Assembly (NCBI GenBank): GCA_033549025.1
Contig: JAWSUS010000006.1
Coordinates: forward strand, 32,001-96,000
Direction: 5' to 3'
DNA from: Desulfuromonadales bacterium
GTDB lineage: Bacteria; Desulfobacterota; Desulfuromonadia; Desulfuromonadales; SZUA-540
Length of the DNA: 64,000 nucleotides
In this document: in pieces, positions 34,798 through 46,107 of the stretch
Layout of the letters: each line of letters starts with the position of its first letter
How positions within the stretch are numbered: position 1 is the first letter of the stretch
Program-made: the position numbers and the translations under genes
The notes under the pieces: generated by a model
The model's input: only the letters and a program-made list of their open reading frames with translations
Told to the model about the DNA's origin: nothing
The model's database searches: none

Positions 34798-34805
34798 GGC
34801 TGCAG

Positions 34806-34834
34806 ATAATATCGGGTTATCGATGCCTTGTAAA
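34806..34834 (-). promoter_or_regulatory. Putative sigma70 promoter for lptFG
   Basis: TTTACA-N17-TATTAT, 8 nt before the ATG. Confidence 0.55.
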
Positions 34835-34854
34835 CTGTAATCCTGAAATTTTCC

Positions 34855-34883
34855 TTGAACTCCCGAGGTGGTCATGGTATAGA
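34855..34883 (+). promoter_or_regulatory. Sigma70 promoter for rpsB-tsf
   Basis: TTGAAC-N17-TATAGA with TGn extension. Confidence 0.55.
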
Positions 34884-34899
34884 CACGCGTTATCCTAAA

Positions 34900-34985
34900 A
34901 CGCACGTCCTCGGATCCGGCCGGATGGTGCCCCCTGATAGGACAGGGGGATCCGGAGGAAAAGAAGAGGGCGGAGGCAATCAACC
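34900..34985 (+). ncRNA. rpsB 5' leader (t44 / S2 autoregulatory element)
   Basis: Landmarks ACGCAC...GGTGC...GGAGGC..AACC in the expected order upstream of rpsB, with pairing GGATCC arms; boundaries approximate. Confidence 0.7.
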
Positions 34986-35002
34986 ACAAGAAGGAGTAAA
35001 AC

Positions 35003-35785
35003 ATGTCCCAGATCAGCATGAAGCAACTGCTGGAAGCCGGCGTCCATTTCGGCCACCAGACCCGTCGTTGGAACCCCAAGATGAAGCCCTACATCTTTGG
35101 GGCGCGCAATGGTATCTACATCATTGACCTGCAGAAAACCGTTCGTTACTTCAAAAGCGCCTACAGCTTCATCAAAGAAACCGTAGAGCGCGGTGACAAG
35201 GTTCTTTTTGTCGGGACCAAAAAGCAGGCCCAGGACGCCATCAAGGAAGAGAGCCTGCGGGCTGAGCAGTATTTTGTCAACGACCGCTGGCTCGGCGGTA
35301 TGCTCACGAACTTCTCCACCATTAAGGGAAGCATCGACCGCCTCAAGAAGATTGAGGCCATGAGCACCGACGGTACCTACGATCTTCTGCCCAAAAAGGA
35401 AGTTCTGCAGCTTGAGCGGGAAAAAACCAAGCTTGAAAAGAGCCTTGGCGGCATCAAGAGCATGGCCAAAATGCCCGGGGCTATTTTCGTGATTGACCCC
35501 AAGAAAGAAACGATCGCCGTCAAAGAAGCTCGCAAACTCGGTATCCCTGTCGTTGCTGTCGTCGACACCAACTGCGATCCTGATGATATCGACTATCTCA
35601 TCCCCGGCAATGACGACGCCATCCGGGCGATCCGTCTGTTTACGGCCCGTATCGCCGATGCCTGCGTGGAAGGTGGCCAGGCCCGGGAAGCTGCGATTCG
35701 CACCAAACAGGAAGGCGCTGACGAGGCTCCGGAAGAGGTGGCTGCCAATGAGGCCCCTGTTCAGGAAACTCCGGCGGAAGCCTGA
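35003..35785 (+). CDS. rpsB: 30S ribosomal protein S2
   Basis: [38 protein letters not shown]. Confidence 0.99.
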   Translation: MSQISMKQLLEAGVHFGHQTRRWNPKMKPYIFGARNGIYIIDLQKTVRYFKSAYSFIKETVERGDKVLFVGTKKQAQDAIKEESLRAEQYFVNDRWLGGMLTNFSTIKGSIDRLKKIEAMSTDGTYDLLPKKEVLQLEREKTKLEKSLGGIKSMAKMPGAIFVIDPKKETIAVKEARKLGIPVVAVVDTNCDPDDIDYLIPGNDDAIRAIRLFTARIADACVEGGQAREAAIRTKQEGADEAPEEVAANEAPVQETPAEA

Positions 35786-35810
35786 TCCTTCAAATCGAGT
35801 TATTTTTTCC

Positions 35811-35837
35811 AGGCGACCGGTATCCGGTCGCCTTTTC
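35811..35837 (+). terminator. Terminator/attenuator-like hairpin between rpsB and tsf
   Basis: AGGCGACCGG-TAT-CCGGTCGCCT then TTTC. Confidence 0.55.
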
Positions 35838-35922
35838 TCCGAAATAAGGGGACGGTCTTTGATGGCTTGATTGTATCAAGCCGGGCGAATGTCCCTAATC
35901 ATACAAACAGAGGAGGATTTCT

Positions 35923-37577
<1,655 letters not shown>

Positions 37578-37582
37578 AACCC

Positions 37583-38140
37583 ATGTATAAAGATGTGCTT
37601 GACAACACTCGGCAGAACATGGACAAGGCTCTTGACAATCTTAAACGGGAGTTTTCCCGTGTTCGTACGGGCCGCGCCAACGTCTCGCTGCTCGACGAGG
37701 TTCGGGTCAACTATTACGGCACGCCCACTCCACTCAACCAGGTGGGAACTCTCACTGTGCCCGAACCCCGGCTGATCACGATTCAGCCCTGGGAAAAACA
37801 GTTGATTCCCGAAATCGAAAAAGCGATTTTCAAGGCCGACCTTGGCTTGAATCCCTCTTCTGATGGGCAACTGGTACGCATTGCCATCCCCCCTCTGACC
37901 GAAGATCGACGCAAAGAGATGGTCAAGCAGGTCCGACGCATGGGTGAGGATGCCAAGGTGGCTGTCCGCAATGTGCGCCGGGATGCCAATGAGACCCTCA
38001 AAAAGCTTGAAAAGGATAAAGAGATTTCTGAGGACGATCTCAAGCGGGCGGAGAAGGAAGTACAGGACATCACCGACGCCCATATAAAGAAAATTGACGA
38101 AACTGTCACCCACAAAGAGACAGAAATCATGGAGATCTGA
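37583..38140 (+). CDS. frr: Ribosome recycling factor
   Basis: [29 protein letters not shown]. Confidence 0.98.
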   Translation: MYKDVLDNTRQNMDKALDNLKREFSRVRTGRANVSLLDEVRVNYYGTPTPLNQVGTLTVPEPRLITIQPWEKQLIPEIEKAIFKADLGLNPSSDGQLVRIAIPPLTEDRRKEMVKQVRRMGEDAKVAVRNVRRDANETLKKLEKDKEISEDDLKRAEKEVQDITDAHIKKIDETVTHKETEIMEI

Positions 38141-38173
38141 TCTCCATCATTAATCACCTGAAGGAGAATGAAT

Positions 38174-38338
38174 ATGGCTCTTAAAATCACTGACGAATGC
38201 ATTGCCTGCGGTACCTGTGTTGATTCCTGCCCTGTCGGCGCCATTGTGGAATCCGCTGATAAGTACGCGATCACCGATGACTGCACCGAGTGCCAGGCCT
38301 GCCTCGATTCCTGCCCGGTCAACGCGATCACCGCCTAG
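38174..38338 (+). CDS. 2[4Fe-4S] clostridial-type ferredoxin (54 aa)
   Basis: My translation: MALKITDECIACGTCVDSCPVGAIVESADKYAITDDCTECQACLDSCPVNAITA; two CxxCxxCxxxCP motifs; AAGGAG SD; absent from the ORF track. Confidence 0.95.
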   Translation: MALKITDECIACGTCVDSCPVGAIVESADKYAITDDCTECQACLDSCPVNAITA

Positions 38339-38346
38339 ATCAGTTG

Positions 38347-38373
38347 AAGGGGCGCTCCCGTAGCGCCCCTTTT
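38347..38373 (+). terminator. Intrinsic terminator after the ferredoxin
   Basis: AAGGGGCGCT-CCCGT-AGCGCCCCTT then a T-rich tail. Confidence 0.75.
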
Positions 38374-38468
38374 AATTTGTTTTGAACGGTTTTTTCTCCC
38401 CATCCCCTTTCCCTTGATATATATCCTTTCCCCCCCCTGCCCATAGCCTGCCTTAATCGGGATTTCCC

Positions 38469-38497
38469 TTGTCAAATCCTCATCCTGACGGTATCCT
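38469..38497 (+). promoter_or_regulatory. Putative sigma70 promoter
   Basis: TTGTCA-N17-TATCCT upstream of the REC-kinase gene. Confidence 0.5.
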
Positions 38498-38538
38498 ACC
38501 GCTCATTTCATGAATCTTTGATCTAGGAGCGCCGCGTC

Positions 38539-39711
38539 ATGCCCGATCGAATACTGGTCGTCGATGATGAGAAAATCATTCTTGAACTCACATCCATGAT
38601 CCTCAAGAGCAAGGGCTTTGATGTCTTTACCGCTGGGGGTGGCGACGAGGGGCTGCAACTCGTCGAAGAACACCGCCCGAGCGTGGTCCTGCTTGATTAC
38701 ATGATGCCGGTCATGGACGGCATGACAGTTCTCAAGAAGATTCGGAAAAGTTTTCCCGATACGTATGTGATTATGTTCACCGGCAAGGGCAGTGAAGAGA
38801 TTGCCGTAGAACTCATGAAAGCCGGAGCCTCTGATTACGTTCTCAAGCCCTTCAACAACCAGGATCTGGTTGAACGCATCGAAAACGTCCTCAAGATCAG
38901 GCGGGTCGAACTTTTAAACAAGGAGCTTCGCCTTGAACGGGAACGTCTGCTGCGGGAGATCGAGGAGTGGAATCTCGAACTTGAGCGGCGCGTTGCGCAA
39001 AAATCCTGTGAACTTGAAAAAGCCCACGCAGAAATCGTGCAGGCGGAAAAACTGGCGACCCTGGGGCATCTGTCGGCCGGCATGGCCCACGAAATTCGCA
39101 ATCCTCTCAACTCCATCAGCCTCTTTGCCCAGATTCTCAAACCGGTAATGGCCGAAGACGCCGAAAAGGCTTCCTATATCGATAAAATCCTGAAAGAAGT
39201 GGATCGCATCGATGACATTCTGGTCAAATTGCTTGCAGCCAGCAAACGTCCGCGATTTGAACTGCAGAACCTGTCGTTGGGCGAGGTTATCCAAAATTGT
39301 CTGTCAAGTTTCCAGGAACAACTGACCAGCCAGGAAATCGAGGTCAAACTGGATTTGCGTCCGTCCTCTCCAATCCTGGCGGATCCGGCCGAACTCGAAC
39401 AGGTCTTTAACAATCTCTTCGCCAATGCCATTTATGAAATGCCGCAGGGGGGGACGTTAAGTGTCTCTCTGCAACAGGACAATACGCATCTGGACATCAC
39501 CGTATCGGACACCGGCGGTGGAATTTCACCCGAACACATCAATATGATTTTCGATCCTTTCTTCACAACCAAAAAGAAAGGCACGGGGTTTGGGCTCTCC
39601 GTTGTTCTGCGCATTATCAAGACCTACAATGGTCATATCTCCGTCGATACCCAGGAAGGCCAGGGCAGTGTATTCAACATCCGGCTGCCCTTGGCTCAAA
39701 CCTCAACCTGA
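38539..39711 (+). CDS. Cytoplasmic receiver-histidine kinase hybrid (REC-HisKA-HATPase)
   Basis: VVDDE, LLDYMMP, KPF; AHEIRNPL, DTGGGI, FFTTK..GTGFGL. Confidence 0.92.
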   Translation: MPDRILVVDDEKIILELTSMILKSKGFDVFTAGGGDEGLQLVEEHRPSVVLLDYMMPVMDGMTVLKKIRKSFPDTYVIMFTGKGSEEIAVELMKAGASDYVLKPFNNQDLVERIENVLKIRRVELLNKELRLERERLLREIEEWNLELERRVAQKSCELEKAHAEIVQAEKLATLGHLSAGMAHEIRNPLNSISLFAQILKPVMAEDAEKASYIDKILKEVDRIDDILVKLLAASKRPRFELQNLSLGEVIQNCLSSFQEQLTSQEIEVKLDLRPSSPILADPAELEQVFNNLFANAIYEMPQGGTLSVSLQQDNTHLDITVSDTGGGISPEHINMIFDPFFTTKKKGTGFGLSVVLRIIKTYNGHISVDTQEGQGSVFNIRLPLAQTST

Positions 39712-39786
39712 TCCCGCTTCCATGTTCTGCTGCCACGCGACCTTTATAGACCGATCGGCGGGTTTTTCATTGATAAAGGGGAGGAT

Positions 39787-41388
39787 ATGCCTCTTCGATT
39801 GAGGGATCTCACCCTGAATCTCGATCAGGATGAATCGCTGCTTGCCTCTCTTGTCGAGAAAGAACTCGGACTTAAGAGGGGAGAGGTGCAAGACCTCCGT
39901 GTTGTGCGTCAGGGGATTGATGCGCGCAAAAAGCCTCGCATTTTCCGGGTTTATACCGTTGAGTTTCTTGTGGGGGACGAGGCGGCCGTTTTAAAACGGC
40001 ATGGGCAGAACGCTCGTTTGGAACGGGCGGTTCCACCACCACGCTGTGAGGCGAAAAACTTGTCTCTGGCAGGCAGGATTCTGGTTGTTGGCATGGGGCC
40101 GGCAGGTCTGTTCGCGGCTTTGCGGCTCGCTCAGTACGGTTTTTCGGTGACCCTGCTGGAAAGAGGTCGACCCGTTGAAGACCGCGTCAGGGATGTGCGG
40201 GATTTCTGGTCAGGCAAAGGGCTCTGTCCGGAAAGCAATGTGCAGTTTGGGGAAGGGGGCGCCGGAACCTTTTCCGACGGTAAATTGACCACCCGCGTCA
40301 ATCATCCCTGGACGCGGCATGTGTTGGAGACTTTGGTCCGTTTTGGCGCGCCCGCTGAAATTCTCATCCAGGCCAAACCCCACGTGGGGACGGACAGGCT
40401 GCGCCTGGTTCTGATCAACTTTCGCCATGAACTCACCCGGCTTGGGGTCGATATCCGCTACCAGGCTAAACTTACGGGTATACTGACGCATAAAGGGCAG
40501 ATTTCCGGGGCGCTGCTTGGCGATGGTCAGTCTATCCATTGTGACGCTCTGGTATTGGCGCCGGGCCACAGCGCCCGCGATACCTATGAGATGCTGGCGT
40601 CCGCCGGTGTGCGTATGCAGGCCAAGCCCTTTGCCGTGGGGGTCCGGATCGAACATCCGTCCGAGTGGATCAACACCATTCAGTATGGATTTCCCCACCA
40701 CCCCCGTCTGCCTGCCGCCGAATATGCGCTGACCTGCAACAATCCCCAGAGCGGGCGAGGAACCTATTCCTTCTGTATGTGCCCTGGCGGCGAGGTGGTG
40801 GTCGCTTCTTCCGAGGCGGGAGGCGTGGTCGTCAACGGCATGAGTTATCTCAGCCGGTCCGGTTCTTTTTCCAACAGTGCCCTGGTCGTGAGTGTACGCC
40901 CAGAAGATTTCAACGGCGATGATTGTCTGGCCGGTATGCGGTTCCAGCGCGAACTGGAAAAAAAAGCCTTTCAGGCCGGGGGGGGCGATTACAATGCCCC
41001 CGCCCAAAATCTGATGGATTTCCTGGGTCTTGACAAGCTGCCGCTGCCTTCTGCCTCCAGCTGCCGACCGGGCATGCGGCCGGTTGAGCTTGAGACCCTG
41101 CTGCCGGCCTTTGTCACGCAGGAACTGCGGCAGGCCTTACCGGTCTTCAATCGCCGCATGAAGGGGTTTATCTGTCCTGAGGCTGTTCTTATCGGCGTGG
41201 AGACTCGAACTTCGGCTCCCTTGCGTATTTCGCGCGGAGAGGATGGCCAATCCCTTTCCCATCCCGGGCTTTACCCCGCCGGAGAGGGCGCCGGCTATGC
41301 CGGCGGCATTATGAGTGCGGCTCTGGACGGGTTGAAAGTCGCCGAATATATCGCCCAGAAAAAAAAGGATGAACATGGAACTGTCTAA
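39787..41388 (+). CDS. Uncharacterised FAD-dependent oxidoreductase (COG2509-like)
   Basis: GMGPAG, GEGGAGTFSDGKL, FCMCPGG, GVETRTS, GEGAGYAGGI. Confidence 0.85.
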   Translation: MPLRLRDLTLNLDQDESLLASLVEKELGLKRGEVQDLRVVRQGIDARKKPRIFRVYTVEFLVGDEAAVLKRHGQNARLERAVPPPRCEAKNLSLAGRILVVGMGPAGLFAALRLAQYGFSVTLLERGRPVEDRVRDVRDFWSGKGLCPESNVQFGEGGAGTFSDGKLTTRVNHPWTRHVLETLVRFGAPAEILIQAKPHVGTDRLRLVLINFRHELTRLGVDIRYQAKLTGILTHKGQISGALLGDGQSIHCDALVLAPGHSARDTYEMLASAGVRMQAKPFAVGVRIEHPSEWINTIQYGFPHHPRLPAAEYALTCNNPQSGRGTYSFCMCPGGEVVVASSEAGGVVVNGMSYLSRSGSFSNSALVVSVRPEDFNGDDCLAGMRFQRELEKKAFQAGGGDYNAPAQNLMDFLGLDKLPLPSASSCRPGMRPVELETLLPAFVTQELRQALPVFNRRMKGFICPEAVLIGVETRTSAPLRISRGEDGQSLSHPGLYPAGEGAGYAGGIMSAALDGLKVAEYIAQKKKDEHGTV

Positions 41389-42529
41389 AACATACATTGC
41401 GAACATTCGAGAGCGGGATTTTGTCGACAGCCCTTTTCTGGTCAGAGACAAGGTCATGGCCATGGCCAAAAATGGCAAGCCCTATATGACCTTGAAGCTT
41501 GTGGATCGCACCGGGGAAGTCGAAGGCAGGGTCTGGGACCGGGTGGACGAGTTCAATGGTCTTTTCGGAAAGGACGACTTTATCCGGGTCAAAGGCAAGG
41601 CCAGCGTTTATCTGGGGAAAATGCAGCTGGTCGTGCAGGAAATTGAACGGCTGGATGAAAAAAGCGTCTCTCTCGCCGACTTTTTGCCGGTAAGTTCTCG
41701 GGATACCGAGGTTATGGCCGCTGAATTGCGGCAGAAGGTCGAATCCCTGGGGAATCCCCATCTCCAGGCTCTGCTGAAAGCTTTCCTGGATGATGCGGCC
41801 TTTTTGCAAGCCTACTGCAAGGCGCCTGCCGCCAAGTCGATGCACCATGTTTATCTCGGCGGCCTGCTGGAGCATTCCCTGGCCGTGGCCGATCTTGCGG
41901 ACGATATCTGCAGTCGTTATCCTGAACTGGACCGTGATCTTCTGGTCGCGGGTGCTCTGCTTCACGATATCGGTAAAGTCGATGAGCTTCGTTATGTCAG
42001 AACCTTCGATTACACGGATGAAGGCAAGCTTCTGGGACACATCGTCATGGGCGTCGAAATGATCGACGAAAAACTCCGGGGACTGGAAAGTTTCCCCCGT
42101 CCGCTTGCGTTGCTTCTCAAACACCTGCTCTTGTCCCATCATGGTCAGTACGAGTACGGATCGCCCAAGCGTCCCAAAACCATGGAGGCTGTGGTTCTCA
42201 ATTTTATTGACGACCTGGATGCCAAAATCAACGGTGTTCGGACTCATATTGAAAAAGAGCCGGACAGCGACAGTGCCTGGACAAGCTATCATCGGCTGTA
42301 TGATCGCTATTTCTTCAAACCACAAAGCCCGGCCGAGCCGACGGACACTCCTAATGAAGAGCAGGAAAGGGAGGCGGTCATGGCACCGGCGCCTCCACCT
42401 CGGCCGGCGGCCCGCCCCAAAAATGACAAAAAGCCTTCTTTCGGCTTTTCTCTCGCGGATCAATTGAAGGGCAAGAGTCTGGATCTTTTTGCCGCCAACC
42501 CGGAAAAGGAGGAAGGCGATGATCGTTGA
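41375..42529 (+). CDS. yhaM: YhaM/Cbf1-family OB-fold plus HD nuclease
   Basis: NGKPYMTLKL.DRTG, APAA..MHH...GGLLEH, LHDIGK, LLSHHG, PKTMEA. Confidence 0.85.
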   Translation: MELSKTYIANIRERDFVDSPFLVRDKVMAMAKNGKPYMTLKLVDRTGEVEGRVWDRVDEFNGLFGKDDFIRVKGKASVYLGKMQLVVQEIERLDEKSVSLADFLPVSSRDTEVMAAELRQKVESLGNPHLQALLKAFLDDAAFLQAYCKAPAAKSMHHVYLGGLLEHSLAVADLADDICSRYPELDRDLLVAGALLHDIGKVDELRYVRTFDYTDEGKLLGHIVMGVEMIDEKLRGLESFPRPLALLLKHLLLSHHGQYEYGSPKRPKTMEAVVLNFIDDLDAKINGVRTHIEKEPDSDSAWTSYHRLYDRYFFKPQSPAEPTDTPNEEQEREAVMAPAPPPRPAARPKNDKKPSFGFSLADQLKGKSLDLFAANPEKEEGDDR

Positions 42530-43148
42530 ATGTCTGACCGTTGGACCATTGCAGGTCAATTGTTTTATCGTTGTGGACGAACCTTCCCGGACGGCCATGG
42601 TTGTGGATCCGGGGGATGAGGGAGAACGCATCTGGCAGTTTCTTCAAAAAAAGGGTTGGACTCTGACGGCTATCGTCAACACCCACGGACACTTCGATCA
42701 CATCGGTGGCAACCGTTTCCTGGTTGAAAAAACCGGGGCGTCTCTCATGATTCACCGTGATGATTTGCCTCTTTTGCAAAATGCCGCACAGCACGCCGCC
42801 ATTTACGGGTTGAAAACCGTTTCATCGCCAGAACCCCAGAGTCTGCTGACGGAGGGAGATGTGCTGAGACTGGGCGATCTGGCCTTTTCCGTGTTGCATG
42901 TGCCCGGGCATTCTCCCGGCGGTATCTGCCTCCATGGTGAGGGGCATCTTTTTGCCGGCGACGTTCTTTTTGCCGGCTCCGTGGGCCGAACGGACCTTCC
43001 CGGCGGGGATCACGACACCCTGATTCAGGGCATCAAGCGGAAGCTGCTGGTGTTGCCGGAAGAGACCGTCGTGCATACCGGCCATGGCCCCGATACGACG
43101 ATCGGGAGGGAAAAGAGATCCAATCCTTTTGTCGGGTTCGGCAGCTGA
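42519..43148 (+). CDS. MBL-fold hydrolase, glyoxalase II/GloC-like
   Basis: THGHFDHIG, PGHSPG, GDVLF.GSVGRTD, GHG. Confidence 0.9.
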   Translation: MIVECLTVGPLQVNCFIVVDEPSRTAMVVDPGDEGERIWQFLQKKGWTLTAIVNTHGHFDHIGGNRFLVEKTGASLMIHRDDLPLLQNAAQHAAIYGLKTVSSPEPQSLLTEGDVLRLGDLAFSVLHVPGHSPGGICLHGEGHLFAGDVLFAGSVGRTDLPGGDHDTLIQGIKRKLLVLPEETVVHTGHGPDTTIGREKRSNPFVGFGS

Positions 43149-43177
43149 AACTTTTAAGGCCGAAGGGAGAAAGTGGG

Positions 43178-44383
43178 ATGCTGAAAGGGAAAAAGATCGT
43201 TCTGGGTGTATCCGGTGGCATTGCCGTCTACAAGGCCGTCGAGCTATTAAGGCTTTACGTGAAGGCTGGGGCGGATGTCTTTGTTGTCATGACTAAAAAC
43301 GCCCAGGAGTTTGTGACCCCCCTTACTTTCCAGACCTTGTCCGGCAATCCTGTTCACACGGAATTGTTCGACCTTTTCCAGGAAAAAGAAATAGGCCATA
43401 TTTCGCTGGCCGACCGGGCGGATTTGTTTGTCGTGGCCCCGGCTACGGCCAATCTGGTGGGCAAAGTTGCCGCCGGCATAGCCGATGACCTGCTGACCAC
43501 CACCATTATGGCCACCAAGGCCCCTGTTCTTTTCGTGCCTGCCATGAACGTGAACATGTGGGAAAATCCCATCTATCGCCAAAATGAGGAGAAGCTCAGA
43601 TCTGTCGGCTACCAGGTGATGGAGCCCGCCCTGGGGATGCTGGCCTGCGGCTGGGAAGGGAAGGGGAAGCTTCCCGATCCTGCCGATATTTTCGCCGAAA
43701 CCGAAAGACTGGTCCATCCGCGGGACCTGGCGGGAGAAACGGTCCTCGTCACGGCTGGTCCTACCCGCGAAGAGATCGATCCGGTTCGCTATATCAGCAA
43801 CTATTCTTCCGGGAAAATGGGATATGCCATCGCTCGGGCTGCGTTTCTGCGCGGCGCCCGTGTTGTTCTGATCTCCGGTCCGACCTGTCTTGCTCCACCC
43901 TGCGGCCTGGAGTTCCATCGTGTCGGCAGCGCCCGTGAAATGCAGCAGGCCGTGCGGCAATTTGCCGATGAGGCCAGTATCCTGATCAAGGCTGCCGCCG
44001 TGGCGGATTATCGTCCCGCCCAGACGTCAGTGCGGAAAATCAAGAAGGAGCAGACCGACAGTCTCCATCTGGCCCTCGAAAAAAACCCCGATATTCTGAC
44101 TGAACTCGGGCAAAACAAGGGGCAGCGCCTTTTAATTGGCTTTGCGGCAGAGACGGATGATCTGTTGGAAAACGCCGCTCGCAAGCTTCGGGATAAAAAT
44201 CTGGATTTGATCGTTGCCAACGATGTCACTGAAGCGGGTGCCGGCTTTGATGTCGATACGAATATCGTCCGGTTTCTTTTCGCCGACGGCAGTCAGGAGG
44301 CTTTACCGCGGATGAGCAAGGATGAAGTGGCCCATGCCTTGCTCGATCGGATAAAATACCTGAAGGAACAAACCAGGGATTGA
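43178..44383 (+). CDS. coaBC: Bifunctional phosphopantothenoylcysteine decarboxylase/ligase
   Basis: GGIAVYK, PAMNVNM, LACG, TAGPTRE.IDPVR, SSGKMG, GFAAET. Confidence 0.97.
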   Translation: MLKGKKIVLGVSGGIAVYKAVELLRLYVKAGADVFVVMTKNAQEFVTPLTFQTLSGNPVHTELFDLFQEKEIGHISLADRADLFVVAPATANLVGKVAAGIADDLLTTTIMATKAPVLFVPAMNVNMWENPIYRQNEEKLRSVGYQVMEPALGMLACGWEGKGKLPDPADIFAETERLVHPRDLAGETVLVTAGPTREEIDPVRYISNYSSGKMGYAIARAAFLRGARVVLISGPTCLAPPCGLEFHRVGSAREMQQAVRQFADEASILIKAAAVADYRPAQTSVRKIKKEQTDSLHLALEKNPDILTELGQNKGQRLLIGFAAETDDLLENAARKLRDKNLDLIVANDVTEAGAGFDVDTNIVRFLFADGSQEALPRMSKDEVAHALLDRIKYLKEQTRD

Positions 44384-44395
44384 GTTAGCCGGCGA

Positions 44396-45307
44396 TCAGG
44401 TCTGGGAAAGCATGGCGAGGAGCTGATCAGGCTGAGTGATGCCGGATCGAAATTGCGGGCGCAGTTCGGCGATGATGTTTTCCGCTTCTTTTTCCGGCAG
44501 CTTGCCGTCAAGCCAGAGCAGGTTGAGGTTTTTGCGGATCATTTTGGCGGCATGCAGGGCCCGTTCTCCCGTCGGGTCGGCTTTCCAGTAGGGACTTCCC
44601 TCGCCGTGGACCAGGATGCTTTCCGTCGCCTCGCGGGCCAAGCCGAGATATTCCTCGTGATATTCTTCGGGAAGCACCCATTTGGATGTTGTGGACAGGG
44701 AACGGATCATTTTCTGCCATTGCTGCAGGCGGTTAAGCAGCAGCAGGGAATTGAAAAGCCTCTTGTTGGTCGTGAAGGAAAAGATGGTGTCCGAGAGCAC
44801 CGATCGCAGCATGCGGTCATTGTCCTGAAAGTTTTTCCGGGCCACTGTCCGGGCCAGTTCCCAGATGGCCGGATCGACTTTGGCCTCCAATCGCAGCTCC
44901 CAATAGGCGTGTTTCAGCAGGATCGTGTTGAAGGTGCGCACCATCTTGAAGGGGACGAAATAGGAATGCGCCACGGTGTCAGCGGCCAGGTGGCTCAGAT
45001 AGCCATAGGCGCAGGCCAGCTGGGAGTCGCTTTTGGCGGCTTCAAGGACCTTTTTGCCCATTCGCCAGCTATGGCAATGATTGAGATAGTGGGTGTGCTT
45101 TTTGCCGAGGGTGATGTCGGCGCTCATGCAGCCATAGAGGTAGTCGTTGGGGTAGGCGGTGAGCAGAGTCTGCAGGGCAGGGGCCAGGATGGAGAGGTTG
45201 GATAGAATATGCGACCCCAGTTGCAGGTGCACCCCGACCCCCCAGGCGTAGGCATCTGCAGGCAGTAGAAGAATCGTCAGAAAGAATAATAGGATAGAAA
45301 AAGCCAT
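44396..45307 (-). CDS. Zinc-dependent phospholipase C/P1-fold family protein
   Basis: Signal-like N-terminus ending AYA then WG...H; D; GYLSHLAAD...H; HAYWE metal-ligand pattern. Confidence 0.75.
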   Translation of the reverse strand: MAFSILLFFLTILLLPADAYAWGVGVHLQLGSHILSNLSILAPALQTLLTAYPNDYLYGCMSADITLGKKHTHYLNHCHSWRMGKKVLEAAKSDSQLACAYGYLSHLAADTVAHSYFVPFKMVRTFNTILLKHAYWELRLEAKVDPAIWELARTVARKNFQDNDRMLRSVLSDTIFSFTTNKRLFNSLLLLNRLQQWQKMIRSLSTTSKWVLPEEYHEEYLGLAREATESILVHGEGSPYWKADPTGERALHAAKMIRKNLNLLWLDGKLPEKEAENIIAELRPQFRSGITQPDQLLAMLSQT

Positions 45308-45334
45308 AGGCTGAAGAGTCTCTGTTTTTCTTAA

Positions 45335-45363
45335 AGATTAGTCCACCACCGGCGTGATGTAAA
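45335..45363 (-). promoter_or_regulatory. Putative sigma70 promoter for the Zn-PLC gene
   Basis: TTTACA-N17-TAATCT on the minus strand. Confidence 0.45.
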
Positions 45364-45369
45364 GGGCTT

Positions 45370-46107
45370 ATGGGGAACGATGTAAAACAACAAATCCTGG
45401 AAATTTTAGGCCAGGCGAAAAGCCTGCTCGAGGATTTATCCTTATCAGGAACCCACGAAATCCCCGTGATTCCCCGGGCTGAAGCCTTGCCGCGCTGCGA
45501 GCTCCCCCCAGGTGGAGGAGGGCAGGGGGCGGCTGTGCTTTGTCAGCGCGAGAGTCTTGAAGAAATTCTGACGGATCTCGGTGATTGCCGTCGCTGTCCC
45601 CTTTGTGAGGGTCGTAAAAATATTGTTTTTGGTGTGGGCAATCCGCAGGCGCGGTTGGTCCTGGTCGGGGAGGCGCCAGGGCGTGAGGAAGATGAGAAGG
45701 GAGAACCTTTTGTCGGCGAGGCAGGGCGACTCTTGGACCGGATTCTTCGCGCTATGGGGTTCGGGCGCGATCAGGTCTACATTTGCAACGTGGAAAAATG
45801 CCGCCCCCCTGGCAACCGCGATCCGCGACCGGAAGAAATCGAGGCCTGCGAACCCTTCCTCATCCGCCAATTGGCCTCCATCCGGCCCAACGTGATTGTC
45901 GCTCTTGGCAAATTTGCCGCCCAGACTCTGTTGCGGGACCAAACCCCCATCACCCGGCTCCGGGGGACCTGGAAGGATTACCACGGTATTCCTCTCATGC
46001 CCACCTACCACCCGGCCTACCTGCTCAGAAATCCCGCTGGAAAACAGGAGGTCTGGGAGGATATGAAGCAGGTTCTCAAGCGGCTTCAGCAGAGCGAGGA
46101 CGGATGA
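45370..46107 (+). CDS. udg: Family 4 uracil-DNA glycosylase (4Fe-4S)
   Basis: CRRCPL, GEAPG, PFVGEAG, KCRPP.NR, HPAYLLR. Confidence 0.93.
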   Translation: MGNDVKQQILEILGQAKSLLEDLSLSGTHEIPVIPRAEALPRCELPPGGGGQGAAVLCQRESLEEILTDLGDCRRCPLCEGRKNIVFGVGNPQARLVLVGEAPGREEDEKGEPFVGEAGRLLDRILRAMGFGRDQVYICNVEKCRPPGNRDPRPEEIEACEPFLIRQLASIRPNVIVALGKFAAQTLLRDQTPITRLRGTWKDYHGIPLMPTYHPAYLLRNPAGKQEVWEDMKQVLKRLQQSEDG

